NCBI GenBank assembly: GCA_964016885.1
Contig: OZ024764.1
Coordinates: forward strand, 13,206,001-13,270,000
Length of the DNA: 64,000 nt
Origin: Eledone cirrhosa
Taxonomy: Eukaryota
Direction of reading: 5' to 3'
Position 1 is the stretch's first letter. Every line of letters begins with the position of its first letter. The notes under the pieces were generated by a model. The model saw only the letters and a program-made list of their open reading frames with translations, made no database searches and had not been told where the DNA came from. The position numbers and the translations under genes are program-made. Below, piece by piece: positions 50,775 through 63,808 of the stretch.

Positions 50775-51740
50775 GCCCTTGCCTTGCCCTGTCTTGTCTT
50801 GCCCTGCCCTGTCTTGCCTTACCCTGTCTTGCCCTGCCTTACCTTGCCCTGTCTTCCTTGCCCTGCCTAGCTTTGCCCTGCCTTGCCTTACCCTGTCTTG
50901 CCCTGCCTTGCCATGCCTTGCCCTGTCTTACCTTGCCTTGCTCTGTCTTGCCTAGCCTTGCCCTGTCTTGCCTTGTCCTGTCTTGCCTTGCCTTGCCCTG
51001 TCTTGCCTAGCCTTGCCCTGTCCTGTCTTGCCTAGCCTTGTCCTGTCTTGCCTAGCCTTGCCCTGTCCTGTCTTGCCTAGCCTTGCCCTGTCTTGCCTAG
51101 CCTTGCCCTGTCTTGCCTAGCCTTGCCCTGTCTTGCCTAGCCTTGTCCTGTCTTGCCTTGTCCTGTCTTGCCTAGCCTTGCCCTGTCTTGCCTAGCCTTG
51201 CCCTGTCTTGCCTAGCCTTGCCCTGTCTTGCCTAGCCTTGTCCTGTCTTGCCTTGTCCTGTCTTGCCTAGCCTTGCCCTGTCTTGCCTAGCCTTGCCCTG
51301 TCTTGCCTAGCCTTGCCCTGTCTTGCCTAGCCTTGTCCTGTCTTGCCTTGTCCTGTCTTGCCTAGCCTTGCCCTGTCTTGCCTAGCCTTGCCCTGTCTTG
51401 CCTTGCCCTGTCTTGCCTAGCCTTGCCCTGTCTTTCCTAGCCTTGTCCTGTCTTGCCTTGCCCTGTCTTTCCTAGCCTTGCCCTGTCTTGCCTTGCCCTG
51501 TCTTGCCTAGCCTTGCCCTGTCTTTCCTAGCCTTGTCCTGTCTTGCCTTGCCCTGTCTTTCCTAGCCTTGCCCTGTCTTTCCTAGCCTTGCCCTGTCTTT
51601 CCTAGCCTTGCCCTGTCTTTCCTAGCCTTGCCCTGTCTTGCCTCACCCTGTCTAATCTGCCCTTGCCCTGTCTTGCCTTGCCCTGTCTTGCCTTGCCTTG
51701 CCTTGTCTTGTCTTGACTCACCCTGTCTTGCCCTGCCAAT
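50775..51740. repeat. Pentamer-based satellite (CCTTG CCCTG TCTTG CCTAG)n splitting a family-A SINE
   Basis: SINE halves at 50668-50763 and 51745-51795 flank the array. Confidence 0.9.
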
Positions 51741-52067
51741 TTGCCCACCGTAAGGATGAAAGGCAAAGTTGACCCCGGCGGGATTTGAACTCAGAAAGGA
51801 GAAAGAGGGGTTGTAAACCTAAGGTAAAATACTTTGAAATATATATATATATAATTATTTTTTAGTTTTTTTTTTTTTTGCGAGTGACCGGCGGTCTGTT
51901 GTTGGTGAAGGTGGTGGTGATGATGATGATGGTGAAGGTGGTGATGGTGGTGATGATGGTGATGATGATGATGGTGATGGTGGTGGTGATGTTTTAAAGG
52001 AACAGTAACAACTATAACAACAACAAAAATAGCAGAAACTATACACCCACATAGATATATAACATAC

Positions 52068-52116
<49 letters not shown>

Positions 52117-52117
52117 T

Positions 52118-52186
<69 letters not shown>

Positions 52187-52494
52187 GACACATACATATA
52201 TAAATACATATAGATACATACATATACATACATATATACATACATACATATATATACATACATATACATACATATATACATACATATATATACATATATA
52301 CATCATACATACATATATATACATATATATACAGATATACATACATACACATACATACATATATACAAACAGACATATATACATACATACATATTTACAT
52401 ACATACATATATATATATATATACATACATACATATATATATATACATACATACATACATATATACATACAGACATATATACATACAGACATAT

Positions 52495-52542
<48 letters not shown>

Positions 52543-52809
52543 GATACATATAGACATACATATATACATACATACATATACACATACATATATACATACA
52601 TATATACATATATACATACATACATATTTACATACATACATATTTACATACACGATACATATACATACATACATATATACATACGTACATACATACATAC
52701 ATACATACATACATAAATACATATACATACATATATATATACATACAAATACATATATATATATATATATACATTTGCACTCCCTCCCTACCCCCTCTCT
52801 CTACCCTCC

Positions 52810-53246
52810 CCCTCTTCCTCACCCCCTATCTAGCCTCTCCCTACCACCACCACCCTGCTTACCTCTTCCTCACCCCCTATCTAGCCTCTCCCTACCACCA
52901 CCACCCTGCTTACCTCTTCCTCACCCCCCATCTAGCCTCTCCCTACCACCACCACCCTGCTTACCTCTTCCTCACCCCCTATCTAGCCTCTCCCTACCAC
53001 CACCACCCTGCTTACCTCTTCCTCACCCCCCATCTAGCCTCTCCCTACCACCACCACCCTGCTTACCTCTTCCTCACCCCCCATCTAGCCTCTCCCTACC
53101 ACCACCACCCTGCTTACCTCTTCCTCACCCCCCATCTAGCCTCTCCCTACCACCACCACCCTGCTTACCTCTTCCTCACCCCCTATCTAGCCTCTCCCTA
53201 CCACCACCACCCTGCTTACCTCTTCCTCACCCCCTATCTAGCCTCT
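52810..53246. repeat. 51-bp C-rich minisatellite
   Basis: CCTCTTCCTCACCCCC(T/C)ATCTAGCCTCTCCCTACCACCACCACCCTGCTTA, about 8.5 copies. Confidence 0.9.
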
Positions 53247-53319
53247 GCCCGCCCCTCCCCTAGCACGACCACCACCACCACCACAGGTACACATCACCCT
53301 ACTTGTCTCTACCTCAGCC

Positions 53320-53526
53320 CACAACAACAGTAACAACAACAGCAGTAACTCAACAACAACAACAACAACAACAGCAGTAACTCAACAACAACAACAACAG
53401 TAACAACAACAGCAGTAACACAACAACAACAGTAACAACAACAACAACAGCAGCAACAACAGCAGTAACACAACAACAACAGTAACAACAACAGCAGTAA
53501 CTCAACAACAACAACAACAACAGTAA

Positions 53527-53557
<31 letters not shown>

Positions 53558-53745
53558 AGCAACAAGAGCAACAACAACAACAACAACAGTAAAAACAACA
53601 ACAACAACAGCAGTAACTCAACAAAAACAGTAACAACAACAGCAGTAACTCAACAACAACAACAGTAACAACAACAACAACAACAACAGTAAAAACAACA
53701 ACAGCAACAGCAGTAACTCAACAACAACAACAACATCAGTAAAAA
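53320..53745. repeat. (AAC)n tract immediately 5' of the IQCD ATG
   Basis: Directly visible. Confidence 0.95.
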
Positions 53746-53746
53746 C

Positions 53747-55132
53747 ATGACATCTGAATACACAGCATTGGAGACAGGCGGGGCCCTGACAAATGGGGCT
53801 GGTGATGGTGCCGGTATGGATTCTGTTGAAGGTGTTGGACATGATTCCGGTGAACAAAATCTAACAAGCCGAATGCCAGGTGTATTAAAGCACAACACAA
53901 CGAGACCCAATACAACAAAGCTGAACGACAATATACAAGAAAACACCTCTCTTCCGCCAGCCTTGGATGAATCCATGCACGTGGATGACGCAGCACAACT
54001 TCCTGCGAATGACACCACTGAAACTGCTACTGAAGTTACAGCAACGATTGGGGTGACTGAACCTGCTAATGATGAAATTAAACCTGCCGATGAGGAATTA
54101 GATGAAGCATATGCCTCGTTGCAGCCAGCGAAAAAGAAACTGACTTCGCTCGAGTCACAAAGGGTAATGAATGTTTACGTGGATATGGTCGAAAGGACAG
54201 TCCTTGTGAGTATGTTTTCCTTCATACTGAATAACAGCGAACTGTTTGACGATGTGTTTGATTCTGGCTTGAAAGCCCGTTTCGAACTGCACGCAGAGCT
54301 ACAGTCGTCGTACATGGATACACGTCGAAACTACCTAACGTTTACTCAACATACCAAGAAGTCTGCCAAAGTTGGGCTCGTGGACCTCACAGCAGAAGCA
54401 GATGAAATGTTTATGGAAAACGTACCCACCCTGAGGGACCTGTCAATCAACTCTGAAGACCTAATGGACAGTGACAGTCTGAACAGAATGAACAGCAGCA
54501 CAGATGACATGGAGAATCTGACTTCCATCTCTGATAGCGATTCCAATATTGATGAATTCTTTGGTGCGGACGAAGACGATGAAGAATATGATGTGGACGA
54601 AAATGAGGACAGCTTCGGCCGCAGAGCCAGGCTAGCGCGAAGACAGAGACGCGGCAGAAAGTTTCGTGACGTATGGTCTCCGATAGAATCGAGAAGCGAT
54701 CTTAGTATCAAAGCTTCATTGCAGTCATTGTCAATGTGTGAAAGCCACGCATCAGACAAATCAACAAGCACAAAGGTGAGCAGCGACGAGAGCGAGAAGG
54801 AAAAATACCTGAGCAAGGAGTTAATTGCTATTGCCCATCGCCTGAGCAACTCTTGCAAGAATATATTGCGTGCCCTCATGAGTAGCCCTTCTGCAATATC
54901 AGAGATACTGAAATATAAGGACAACAACATGTCACCAGAACTCTCTGAGTTTGTGAACAAACTCAACGAACTCAGGGGCATCCTAAAGACACGTCTTCTA
55001 ACTACCCCTATGGAAGAGAAAGAACAGGAGGAGTTTCTTATAGAGACGACAGATAAGGCCATCAGTAACCAAAAGCTTATTGAGAAACTTGAGAAGGAAC
55101 TAACTGAAATCACAGCAGCAAAAGATGAACAG
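53747..55132 (+). CDS. IQCD: Dynein regulatory complex protein 10 / IQ domain-containing protein D, first coding exon
   Basis: Long non-repetitive ORF. Motifs LQPAKKKLTSLESQRVM and LKTRLLTTPMEEKE...LIEKLEKEL...KDEQ resemble DRC10 (recognised from memory, no search run). Donor CAG|GTGCC at 55132/3, phase 0. Confidence 0.8.
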
Positions 55133-55257
55133 GTGCCTTGTTGTTGTATTTCTTCAGTTTAATCGAGTAGCTGTGTCTGTCTGTCTGGCTGGCTGTATGT
55201 GTGTGTGTCAGTCTGTCTCTCTGTCTGTCTGTCTGTGTCAGTCTGTCTGTCTGTATG

Positions 55258-55289
<32 letters not shown>

Positions 55290-55297
<8 letters not shown>

Positions 55298-56075
55298 TCT
55301 GCTCGATCTGTATGTATGCCTGCGAGTCTGTCTGTGTGTCAGTCTGTCTGTATGTATATATGTGAGTCTGCCCGTCTGTATGTATGCCTGCGAGTCTGTC
55401 TGTGTGTCAGTCTGTCTGTATGTATATATGTGAGTCTGCCCGTCTGTATGTATGCCTGCGAGTCTGTCTGTGTGTCAGTCTGTCTGTATGTATATATGTG
55501 AGTCTGCCCGTCTGTATGTATGCCTGCGAGTCTGTCTGTGTGTCAGTCTGTCTGTATGTATATATGTGAGTCTGCCCATCTGTATGTATGCCTGCGAGTC
55601 TGTCTGTGTGTCAGTCTGTCTGTATGTATATATGTGAGTCTGCCCGTCTGTATGTATGCCTGCGAGTCTGTCTGTGTGTCAGTCTGTCTGTATGTATATA
55701 TGTGAGTCTGCTCGATCTGTATGTATGCCTGCGAGTCTGTCTGTGTGTCAGTCTGTCTGTATGTATATATGTGAGTCTGCCCGTCTGTATGTATGCCTGC
55801 GAGTCTGTCTGTGTGTCAGTCTGTCTGTATGTATATATGTGAGTCTGCCCGTCTGTATGTATGCCTGCGAGTCTGTCTGTGTGTCAGTCTGTCTGTATGT
55901 ATATATGTGAGTCTGCCCATCTGTATGTATGCCTGCGAGTCTGTCTGTGTGTCAGTCTGTCTGTATGTATATATGTGAGTCTGCCCGTCTGTATGTATGC
56001 CTGCGAGTCTGTCTGTGTGTCAGTCTGTCTGTATGTATATATGTGAGTCTGCCCGTCTGTATGTATGCCTGCGGG
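55290..56075. repeat. 68-bp minisatellite in the IQCD intron
   Basis: ORF-track periodicity of 68. Confidence 0.92.
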
Positions 56076-56163
56076 TCAGTCTGTCTCTCTGTATGTCTGT
56101 GTGTCAGTCTGTGAGTGTCTGTGTGTCAGTCTGAGTGTCTGTGTGTAAGTCTGTCTGTATTCC

Positions 56164-56208
<45 letters not shown>

Positions 56209-56249
56209 GTCTGTCTGTTTGTATGTATGTCTGTGTCTGTTTGTATCTC

Positions 56250-56670
56250 TATTTAAACCATCACTCACTAACCATCATCTAACCATTATTTAAACCATCA
56301 CCCAATAACCATTTTTTTAAAACCATCATCTACTAACCGTTATTTAAACCATTACCCATTAAGCATCATCTACTAACTATTATTTAAACCATCGCTCTAT
56401 AACCATCACCCACTAACCATTATTTAAACCATCGCTCTATAACCATCACCCACTAACCATTATTTAAACCATTACCCACTAACCATTATTTAAACCATCG
56501 CTCTATAACCATCACCCACTAACCATTATTTAAACCATCGCTCTATAACCATCACCCACTAACCATTATTTAAACCATTACCCACTAACCATCACCCACT
56601 AACCATCACCCACTAACCATCACCCACTAACCGTCACTCACTAACCATCATTTAAACCATCACCCATCAC
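56250..56670. repeat. (AACCATCACCCACT/AACCATTATTTA)n repeat abutting the IQCD exon-2 acceptor
   Basis: Directly visible. Confidence 0.85.
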
Positions 56671-56673
56671 CAG

Positions 56674-56907
56674 GTGAGGCAGAAACACATGACAATTCGA
56701 AAGCTCCAGAACGACATCCACCAGATAGACAAGAATGCCCTCGAGAATATACGACGCGTGAAGGCAGAAGCTGACAACACCATTGCCACTGAGATGAAGA
56801 GTAGCGAGGGCAAGACCCAGGCTGTGTTATATGAGCTGGTACAGTCGAAGGCTGGCCTTAACAACCAGACAACTGCACACAGGGAGCAGGAACTGGACTT
56901 GAGAAGG
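56674..56907 (+). CDS. IQCD: IQCD/DRC10 second coding exon; the gene continues beyond the recognisable exons
   Basis: ccag|GTG AGG CAG: VRQKHMTIRKLQNDIHQIDKNALENIRRVKAEAD...SEGK...AHREQELDLRR|gtgaga. 234 nt, phase 0/0, coiled-coil typical of DRC10. The IQ-motif exon is not seen in the window. Confidence 0.82.
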
Positions 56908-56961
56908 GTGAGAGAAATAGCTGCATTTTGTTTGAGTGTGTTGTGTGTTTTTGTGTTACAG

Positions 56962-58295
56962 CGAGGGCACGTCCCAGGCTGTGTTATATGAGCTGGTACA
57001 GTCGAAGGCTGGCCTTAACAACCAGACAACTGCACACAGGGAGCAGGAACTGGACTTGAGAAGGGTGAGAGAAATAGCTGCATTTCGTTTGAGTGTGTTA
57101 CAGCGAGAGCACGTCCCAGGCTGGGTTAATGGAGCTGGTACAGTCTAAGGCTGGCCTTAACAACCAGACAACTGCACACAGGGAGCAGGAAATGGACTTG
57201 AGAAGGGTGAGAGAAATAACTGCATTTTGTTTGAGTGTGTTACAGCGAGGGCAATTGGTTAGTCCTTCATTACATTTATTGGTTGGTGACGCCAGCATTT
57301 CAAGGGGTCCGTCGAGCCGCAGATTACAGAGTCGGGTAAGATCGATACAGATCGAACCTTGAGATGATCAGTGGCGAAACGCGTGTCACCTATCAATAAA
57401 TGTAATGAAGGACTAACCAATCGCCCTTGTTATCTCTTCATTATAATACACCTTTAGGTTCTGAGTTCAAATCCCGCCGAGGTTAACTTTGCCTTTCATC
57501 CTTACGGGGTCGATAAAATAAAGTACCAGTAATACACTGGGGTAATTGCTGGCCTTGTGCCAAAAGTAGAAACAATTATATTACACTCTGTATAGCTCTA
57601 CAGACTTTATCTTAAGAGAATCAATGTTGTGCTTTGAGATCTCTCGAAAGTTGAGAACGTTTAACGTTCAAAGGGAAGTAAATCTGTTAATGCAGCGAAG
57701 AAAAGCAGGAGGAGTTATTTCCCTTTGAACGTTAGACGAAACGGTTGAAAAAGTTACGATTGAACGACACCAAGTAACTACTTGGGCGATCTACCAGTTA
57801 AAGATATATTGAACAAAATAAATAAATCAATAAAACCTGACCCAAAAGGACCAAAGTGTCTGCCCCGCACCCATTTATGACTTTATAATGAGACATTGCG
57901 AGTGAAAAAACATGGAAAAGATGTGAAAGTAAACTTCGTACATACCTTATGTAAACAAACATTCCAAGTTTACTAAGCAGACGATAGTTACTGGTGTATG
58001 TGTGTGTATGTATATATATATATATATGTGTGTGTGTGTATGTATTTATATATGTGTATCTATATATAAATGTATATATATATAATTGTTTCTACTTTAG
58101 GCACAAGGCTAGCAATTACCCAGTGCATTACTGGTACTTTATGGCGTCCGACCCTCTACCGATACTGCCAATCCACCACCCTTAAATGTATATATATATA
58201 ATGTCCGTGTTTCTGTAATGGAGCTGGTACAGTCTAAGGCTGGCCTTAACAACCAGACAACTGCACACAGGGAGCAGGAAATAGACTTGAGAAGG
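56962..58295 (+). pseudogene. Three partial duplicates of the 3' half of IQCD exon 2 (56962-57064, ~57104-57206, ~58217-58295)
   Basis: ELVQSKAGLNNQTTAHREQE(L/M/I)DLRR|GTGA is repeated with point differences. Confidence 0.8.
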
Positions 58296-58317
58296 GTGAC
58301 AGAAATAGCTGCATTTC

Positions 58318-61300
58318 GTTTGAGTGTGTTGTGTGTTTTTGTGTTACAGCGAGGGCAATTGGTTAGTCCTTCATTACATTTATTGGTTGGTGAACCTAGT
58401 TTGAGTGTGTTGTGTGTTTTTGTGTTACAGCGAGGGCAATTGGTTAGTCCTTCATTACATTTATTGGTTGGTGAACCTAGTTTGAGTGTGTTGTGTGTTT
58501 TTGTGTTACAGCGAGGGCAATTGGTTAGTCCTTCATTACATTTATTGGTTGGTCACCCTAGTTTGAGTGTGTTGTGTGTTTTTGTGTGACAGCGAGGGCA
58601 ATTGGTTAGTCCTTCATTACATTTATTGGTTGGTCACCCTAGTTTGAGTGTGTTGTGTGTTTTTGTGTTACAGCGAGGGCAATTGGTTAGTCCTTCATTA
58701 CATTTATTGGTTGGTGAACCTAGTTTGAGTGTGTTGTGTGTTTTTGTGTTACAGTGAGGGCAATTGGTTAGTCCTTCATTACATTTATTGGTTGGTGAAC
58801 CTAGTTTGAGTGTGTTGTGTGTTTTTGTGTTACAGCGAGGGCAATTGGTTAGTCCTTCATTACATTTATTGGTTGGTCACCCTAGTTTGAGTGTGTTGTG
58901 TGTTTTTGTGTGACAGCGAGGGCAATTGGTTAGTCCTTCATTACATTTATTGGTTGGTCACCCTAGTTTGAGTGTGTTGTGTGTTTTTGTGTTACAGCGA
59001 GGGCAATTGGTTAGTCCTTCATTACATTTATTGGTTGGTCACCCTAGTTTGAGTGTGTTGTGTGTTTTTGTGTGACAGCGAGGGCAATTGGTTAGTCCTT
59101 CATTACATTTATTGGTTGGTCACCCTAGTTTGAGTGTGTTGTGTGTTTTTGTGTTACAGCGAGGGCAATTGGTTAGTCCTTCATTACATTTATTGGTTGG
59201 TCACCCTAGTTTGAGTGTGTTGTGTGTTTTTGTGTGACAGCGAGGGCAATTGGTTAGTCCTTCATTACATTTATTGGTTGGTCACCCTAGTTTGAGTGTG
59301 TTGTGTGTTTTTGTGTTACAGTGAGGGCAATTGGTTAGTCCTTCATTACATTTATTGGTTGGTCACCCTAGTTTGAGTGTGTTGTGTGTTTTTGTGTTAC
59401 AGCGAGGGCAATTGGTTAGTCCTTCATTACATTTATTGGTTGGTCACCCTAGTTTGAGTGTGTTGTGTGTTTTTGTGTTACAGCGAGGGCAATTGGTTAG
59501 TCCTTCATTACATTTATTGGTTGGTCACCCTAGTTTGAGTGTGTTGTGTGTTTTTGTGTGACAGCGAGGGCAATTGGTTAGTCCTTCATTACATTTATTG
59601 GTTGGTCACCCTAGTTTGAGTGTGTTGTGTGTTTTTGTGTTACAGTGAGGGCAATTGGTTAGTCCTTCATTACATTTATTGGTTGGTCACCCTTGTTTGA
59701 GTGTGTTGTGTGTTTTTGTGTTACAGCGAGGGCAATTGGTTAGTCCTTCATTACATTTATTGGTTGGTCACCCTAGTTTGAGTGTGTTGTGTGTTTTTGT
59801 GTTACAGCGAGGGCAATTGGTTAGTCCTTCATTACATTTATTGGTTGGTCACCCTAGTTTGAGTGTGTTGTGTGTTTTTGTGTGACAGCGAGGGCAATTG
59901 GTTAGTCCTTCATTACATTTATTGGTTGGTCACCCTAGTTTGAGTGTGTTGTGTGTTTTTGTGTTACAGTGAGGGCAATTGGTTAGTCCTTCATTACATT
60001 TATTGGTTGGTCACCCTAGTTTGAGTGTGTTGTGTGTTTTTGTGTTACAGCGAGGGCAATTGGTTAGTCCTTCATTACATTTATTGGTTGGTCACCCTAG
60101 TTTGAGTGTGTTGTGTGTTTTTGTGTTACAGCGAGGGCAATTGGTTAGTCCTTCATTACATTTATTGGTTGGTCACCCTAGTTTGAGTGTGTTGTGTGTT
60201 TTTGTGTGACAGCGAGGGCAATTGGTTAGTCCTTCATTACATTTATTGGTTGGTCACCCTAGTTTGAGTGTGTTGTGTGTTTTTGTGTTACAGTGAGGGC
60301 AATTGGTTAGTCCTTCATTACATTTATTGGTTGGTCACCCTAGTTTGAGTGTGTTGTGTGTTTTTGTGTTACAGCGAGGGCAATTGGTTAGTCCTTCATT
60401 ACATTTATTGGTTGGTCACCCTAGTTTGAGTGTGTTGTGTGTTTTTGTGTTACAGCGAGGGCAATTGGTTAGTCCTTCATTACATTTATTGGTTGGTGAC
60501 CCTAGTTTGAGTGTGTTGTGTGTTTTTGTGTTACAGCGAGGGCAATTGGTTAGTCCTTCATTACATTTATTGGTTGGTGACGCCAGCATTTCAAGGGCTC
60601 CGTCGAGCCGCAGATTACAGAGTCGGGTAAGATCGATACAGATCGAACCTTGAGATGATCAGTGGCGAAACGCGTGTCACCTATCAATAAATGTAATGAA
60701 GGACTAACCAATTGCCCTCGCTGTAACACAAAAACACACAACACACTCAAACTAGGGTCACCTATCAATAAATGTAATGAAGGACTAACCAATTGCCCTC
60801 GCTGTAACACAAAAACACACAACACACTCAAACTAGGGTGACCAACCAATAAATGTAATGAAGGACTAACCAATTGCCCTCGCTGTCACACAAAAACACA
60901 CAACACACTCAAACTAGGGTCACCTATCAATAAATGTAATGAAGGACTAACCAATTGCCCTCGCTGTCACACAAAAACACACAACACACTCAAACTAGGG
61001 TGACCAACCAATTGCCCTCGCTGTCACACAAAAACACACAACACACTCAAACTAGGGTGACCAACCAATAAATGTAATGAAGGACTAACCAATTGCCCTC
61101 GCTGTCACACAAAAACACACAACACACTCAAACTAGGGTGACCAACCAATAAATGTAATGAAGGACTAACCAATTGCCCTCGCTGTCACACAAAAACACA
61201 CAACACACTCAAACTAGGGTGACCAACCAATAAATGTAATGAAGGACTAACCAATTGCCCTCGCTGTAACACAAAAACACACAACACACTCAAACTAGGG

Positions 61301-61580
61301 TCACCAACCAATAAATGTAATGAAGGACTAACCAATTGCCCTCGCTGTCACACAAAAACACACAACACACTCAAACTAGGGTCACCTATCAATAAATGTA
61401 ATGAAGGACTAACCAATTGCCCTCGCTGTCACACAAAAACACACAACACACTCAAACTAGGGTGACCAACCAATAAATGTAATGAAGGACTAACCAATTG
61501 CCCTCGCTGTCACACAAAAACACACAACACACTCAAACTAGGGTCACCAACCAATAAGTGTAATGAAGGACTAACCAATC
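58318..61580. repeat. 81-bp minisatellite: ~28 forward units, a Penelope-like hairpin core (60580-60680), then ~11 inverted units
   Basis: 27-aa periodic ORFs; variant pattern recurs every 324 bp; reverse-complement units follow 60677. Confidence 0.92.
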
Positions 61581-62459
61581 GTCCTTGTTATCTCTTCATT
61601 ATAATATACCTTTAGGTTCTGAGTTCAAATCCCGCCGAGGTTAACTTTGCCTTTCATCCTTACGGGGTCGATAAAATAAAGTACCAGTAATACACTGAGG
61701 TAATTGCTGGCCTTGTGCCAAAAGTAGAAACAATTATTAGAGGGTCGGGCGCGCTCCTTTGCAGCATAGAGTTACGGCCCTTTATAATCTGAGTTCAAAT
61801 CCCGCCGAGGTTAACTTTGCCTTTCATCCTTACGGGGTCGATAAATAAAGTACCAGTAATACACTGGGGTAATTGCTGGCCTTGTGCCAAAAGTAGAAAC
61901 AATTATATTACACTCTGTATAGCTCTACAGACTTTATCTTAAGAGAATCAATGTTGTGCTTTGAGATCTCTCGAAAGTTGAGAACGTTTAACGTTCAAAG
62001 GGAAGTAAATCTGTTAATGCAGCGAAGAAAAGCAGGAGGAGTTATTTCCCTTTGAACGTTAGACGAAACGGTTGAAAAAGTTACGATTGAACGACACCAA
62101 GTAACTACTTGGGCGATCTACCAGTTAAAGATATATTGAACAAAATAAATAAATAAATAAAACCTGACCCAAAAGGACCAAAGTGTCTGCCCCGCACCCA
62201 TTTATGACTTTATAATGAGACATTGCGAGTGAAAAAACATGGAAAAGATGTGAAAGTAAACTTCGTACATACCTTATGTAAACAAACATTCCAAGTTTAC
62301 TAAGCAGACGATAGTTACTGGTCTATGTGTGTGTATGTATATATATATGTGTGTGTGTGTATGTATTTATATATGTGTATCTATATATAAATGTATATTT
62401 ATATATATATATAATGTCCGTGTTTCCGTATGTGTGCATATGTATATGAGTCTATGTGT

Positions 62460-62523
<64 letters not shown>

Positions 62524-62635
62524 ATATATATAAATGTGTGCATGCAACTCAAATGGGACGACCCGTCTAACCCATGCTAGCGTGGAAAATGGACGTTAAA
62601 AGGTGATGATAATGATGATATATATATATATATAA

Positions 62636-62693
<58 letters not shown>

Positions 62694-62863
62694 ATGAGAT
62701 CTTATGTGTATATATGATTGAATATGGACATATGCGTTCGTATATTTGTATGTGAGTGTTTGCATTCGCGCGGCTAAATGCACGACTTCCGGTTCACCTG
62801 CCACTATCACCAATGTACCTACTCTTACTTCATCCCATCTATTAGTTCTCTCTCTCTCTCTCT

Positions 62864-62912
<49 letters not shown>

Positions 62913-63424
62913 GAAGTTATATTTAATTTGTTGGGATACAACAAGCAAATATTTTTATAACTGATATAAAGCACTCAACAAATTATTGGAGTAAAAATAC
63001 GATATATTAACAAATGGAAACTATATTTATAAAACCATATTTATTTCATTATACATATTTCAAGGACACCAAGGCAAATTATGGTGCGCTTTCATCAGAT
63101 AAAATATAATATAGATCAGTTTTATAAATAAATATTGACATACCCTTAAAGAATGCGACCATTTCTCGCGGATATTTATTTATTTATTTATTTATTTATT
63201 GATTAACAAAATTTACATGGGGACGGGAAGCTAAAAAGAATCAATCTATTAGTTCCTATCAGAAGCCCTCAGCCAACGTGTCTCACACACAAGGGGTGAA
63301 ATAGCAGTTCACATTGATATAAAATAGAATGGTAGCATTTGGTTCATGTCTCCAAGCCCCATGGCTAGAGGAAAGCAATGGTAATATATATATATATGTG
63401 TGTGTGTGTATGTATATATGTATA

Positions 63425-63705
63425 TATCATCATCATCATCATCATCATCGTTTAACGTCCATCTTCCACGCTAGCATGGGTTAGACGAGAGTTGTCCCAC
63501 TTGAAGCAAGATTGGTTGGGTGACCGTGTCTCACTCGTATAGGACTGTCTGGTGGGTTTTCTACAGCTAGATGCCCTTCCTAACACCAACCACGTTTACA
63601 GTGCGGACTGGGAGGTTTTTACAGCGTTACCTACATGGCCACATTACAGCGTGGCCTGTGTGCTTTTTTTGTCGTGACCCCTACACAATCTCGATCTCAT
63701 TATCA
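63425..63705 (-). mobile_element. RTE 3' UTR fragment
   Basis: Homologous to 8050-8310 and 19852-20140. Confidence 0.85.
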
Positions 63706-63808
63706 CATTTCTGTATATATATATATATGTATATATATAATATTGTATTCGTTGAGTAATCAACAAACAATATTAATCTTTGGTTATATATATATACATA
63801 TATATATA

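Noticed and set aside
54346-55113. 255-aa antisense ORF
   Set aside because: Shadow of the IQCD coding exon; no recognisable motifs.
56250-56670. Interstitial telomeric repeat
   Set aside because: No tandem CCCTAA; only CTAACC-like words within a 12-14-bp repeat.
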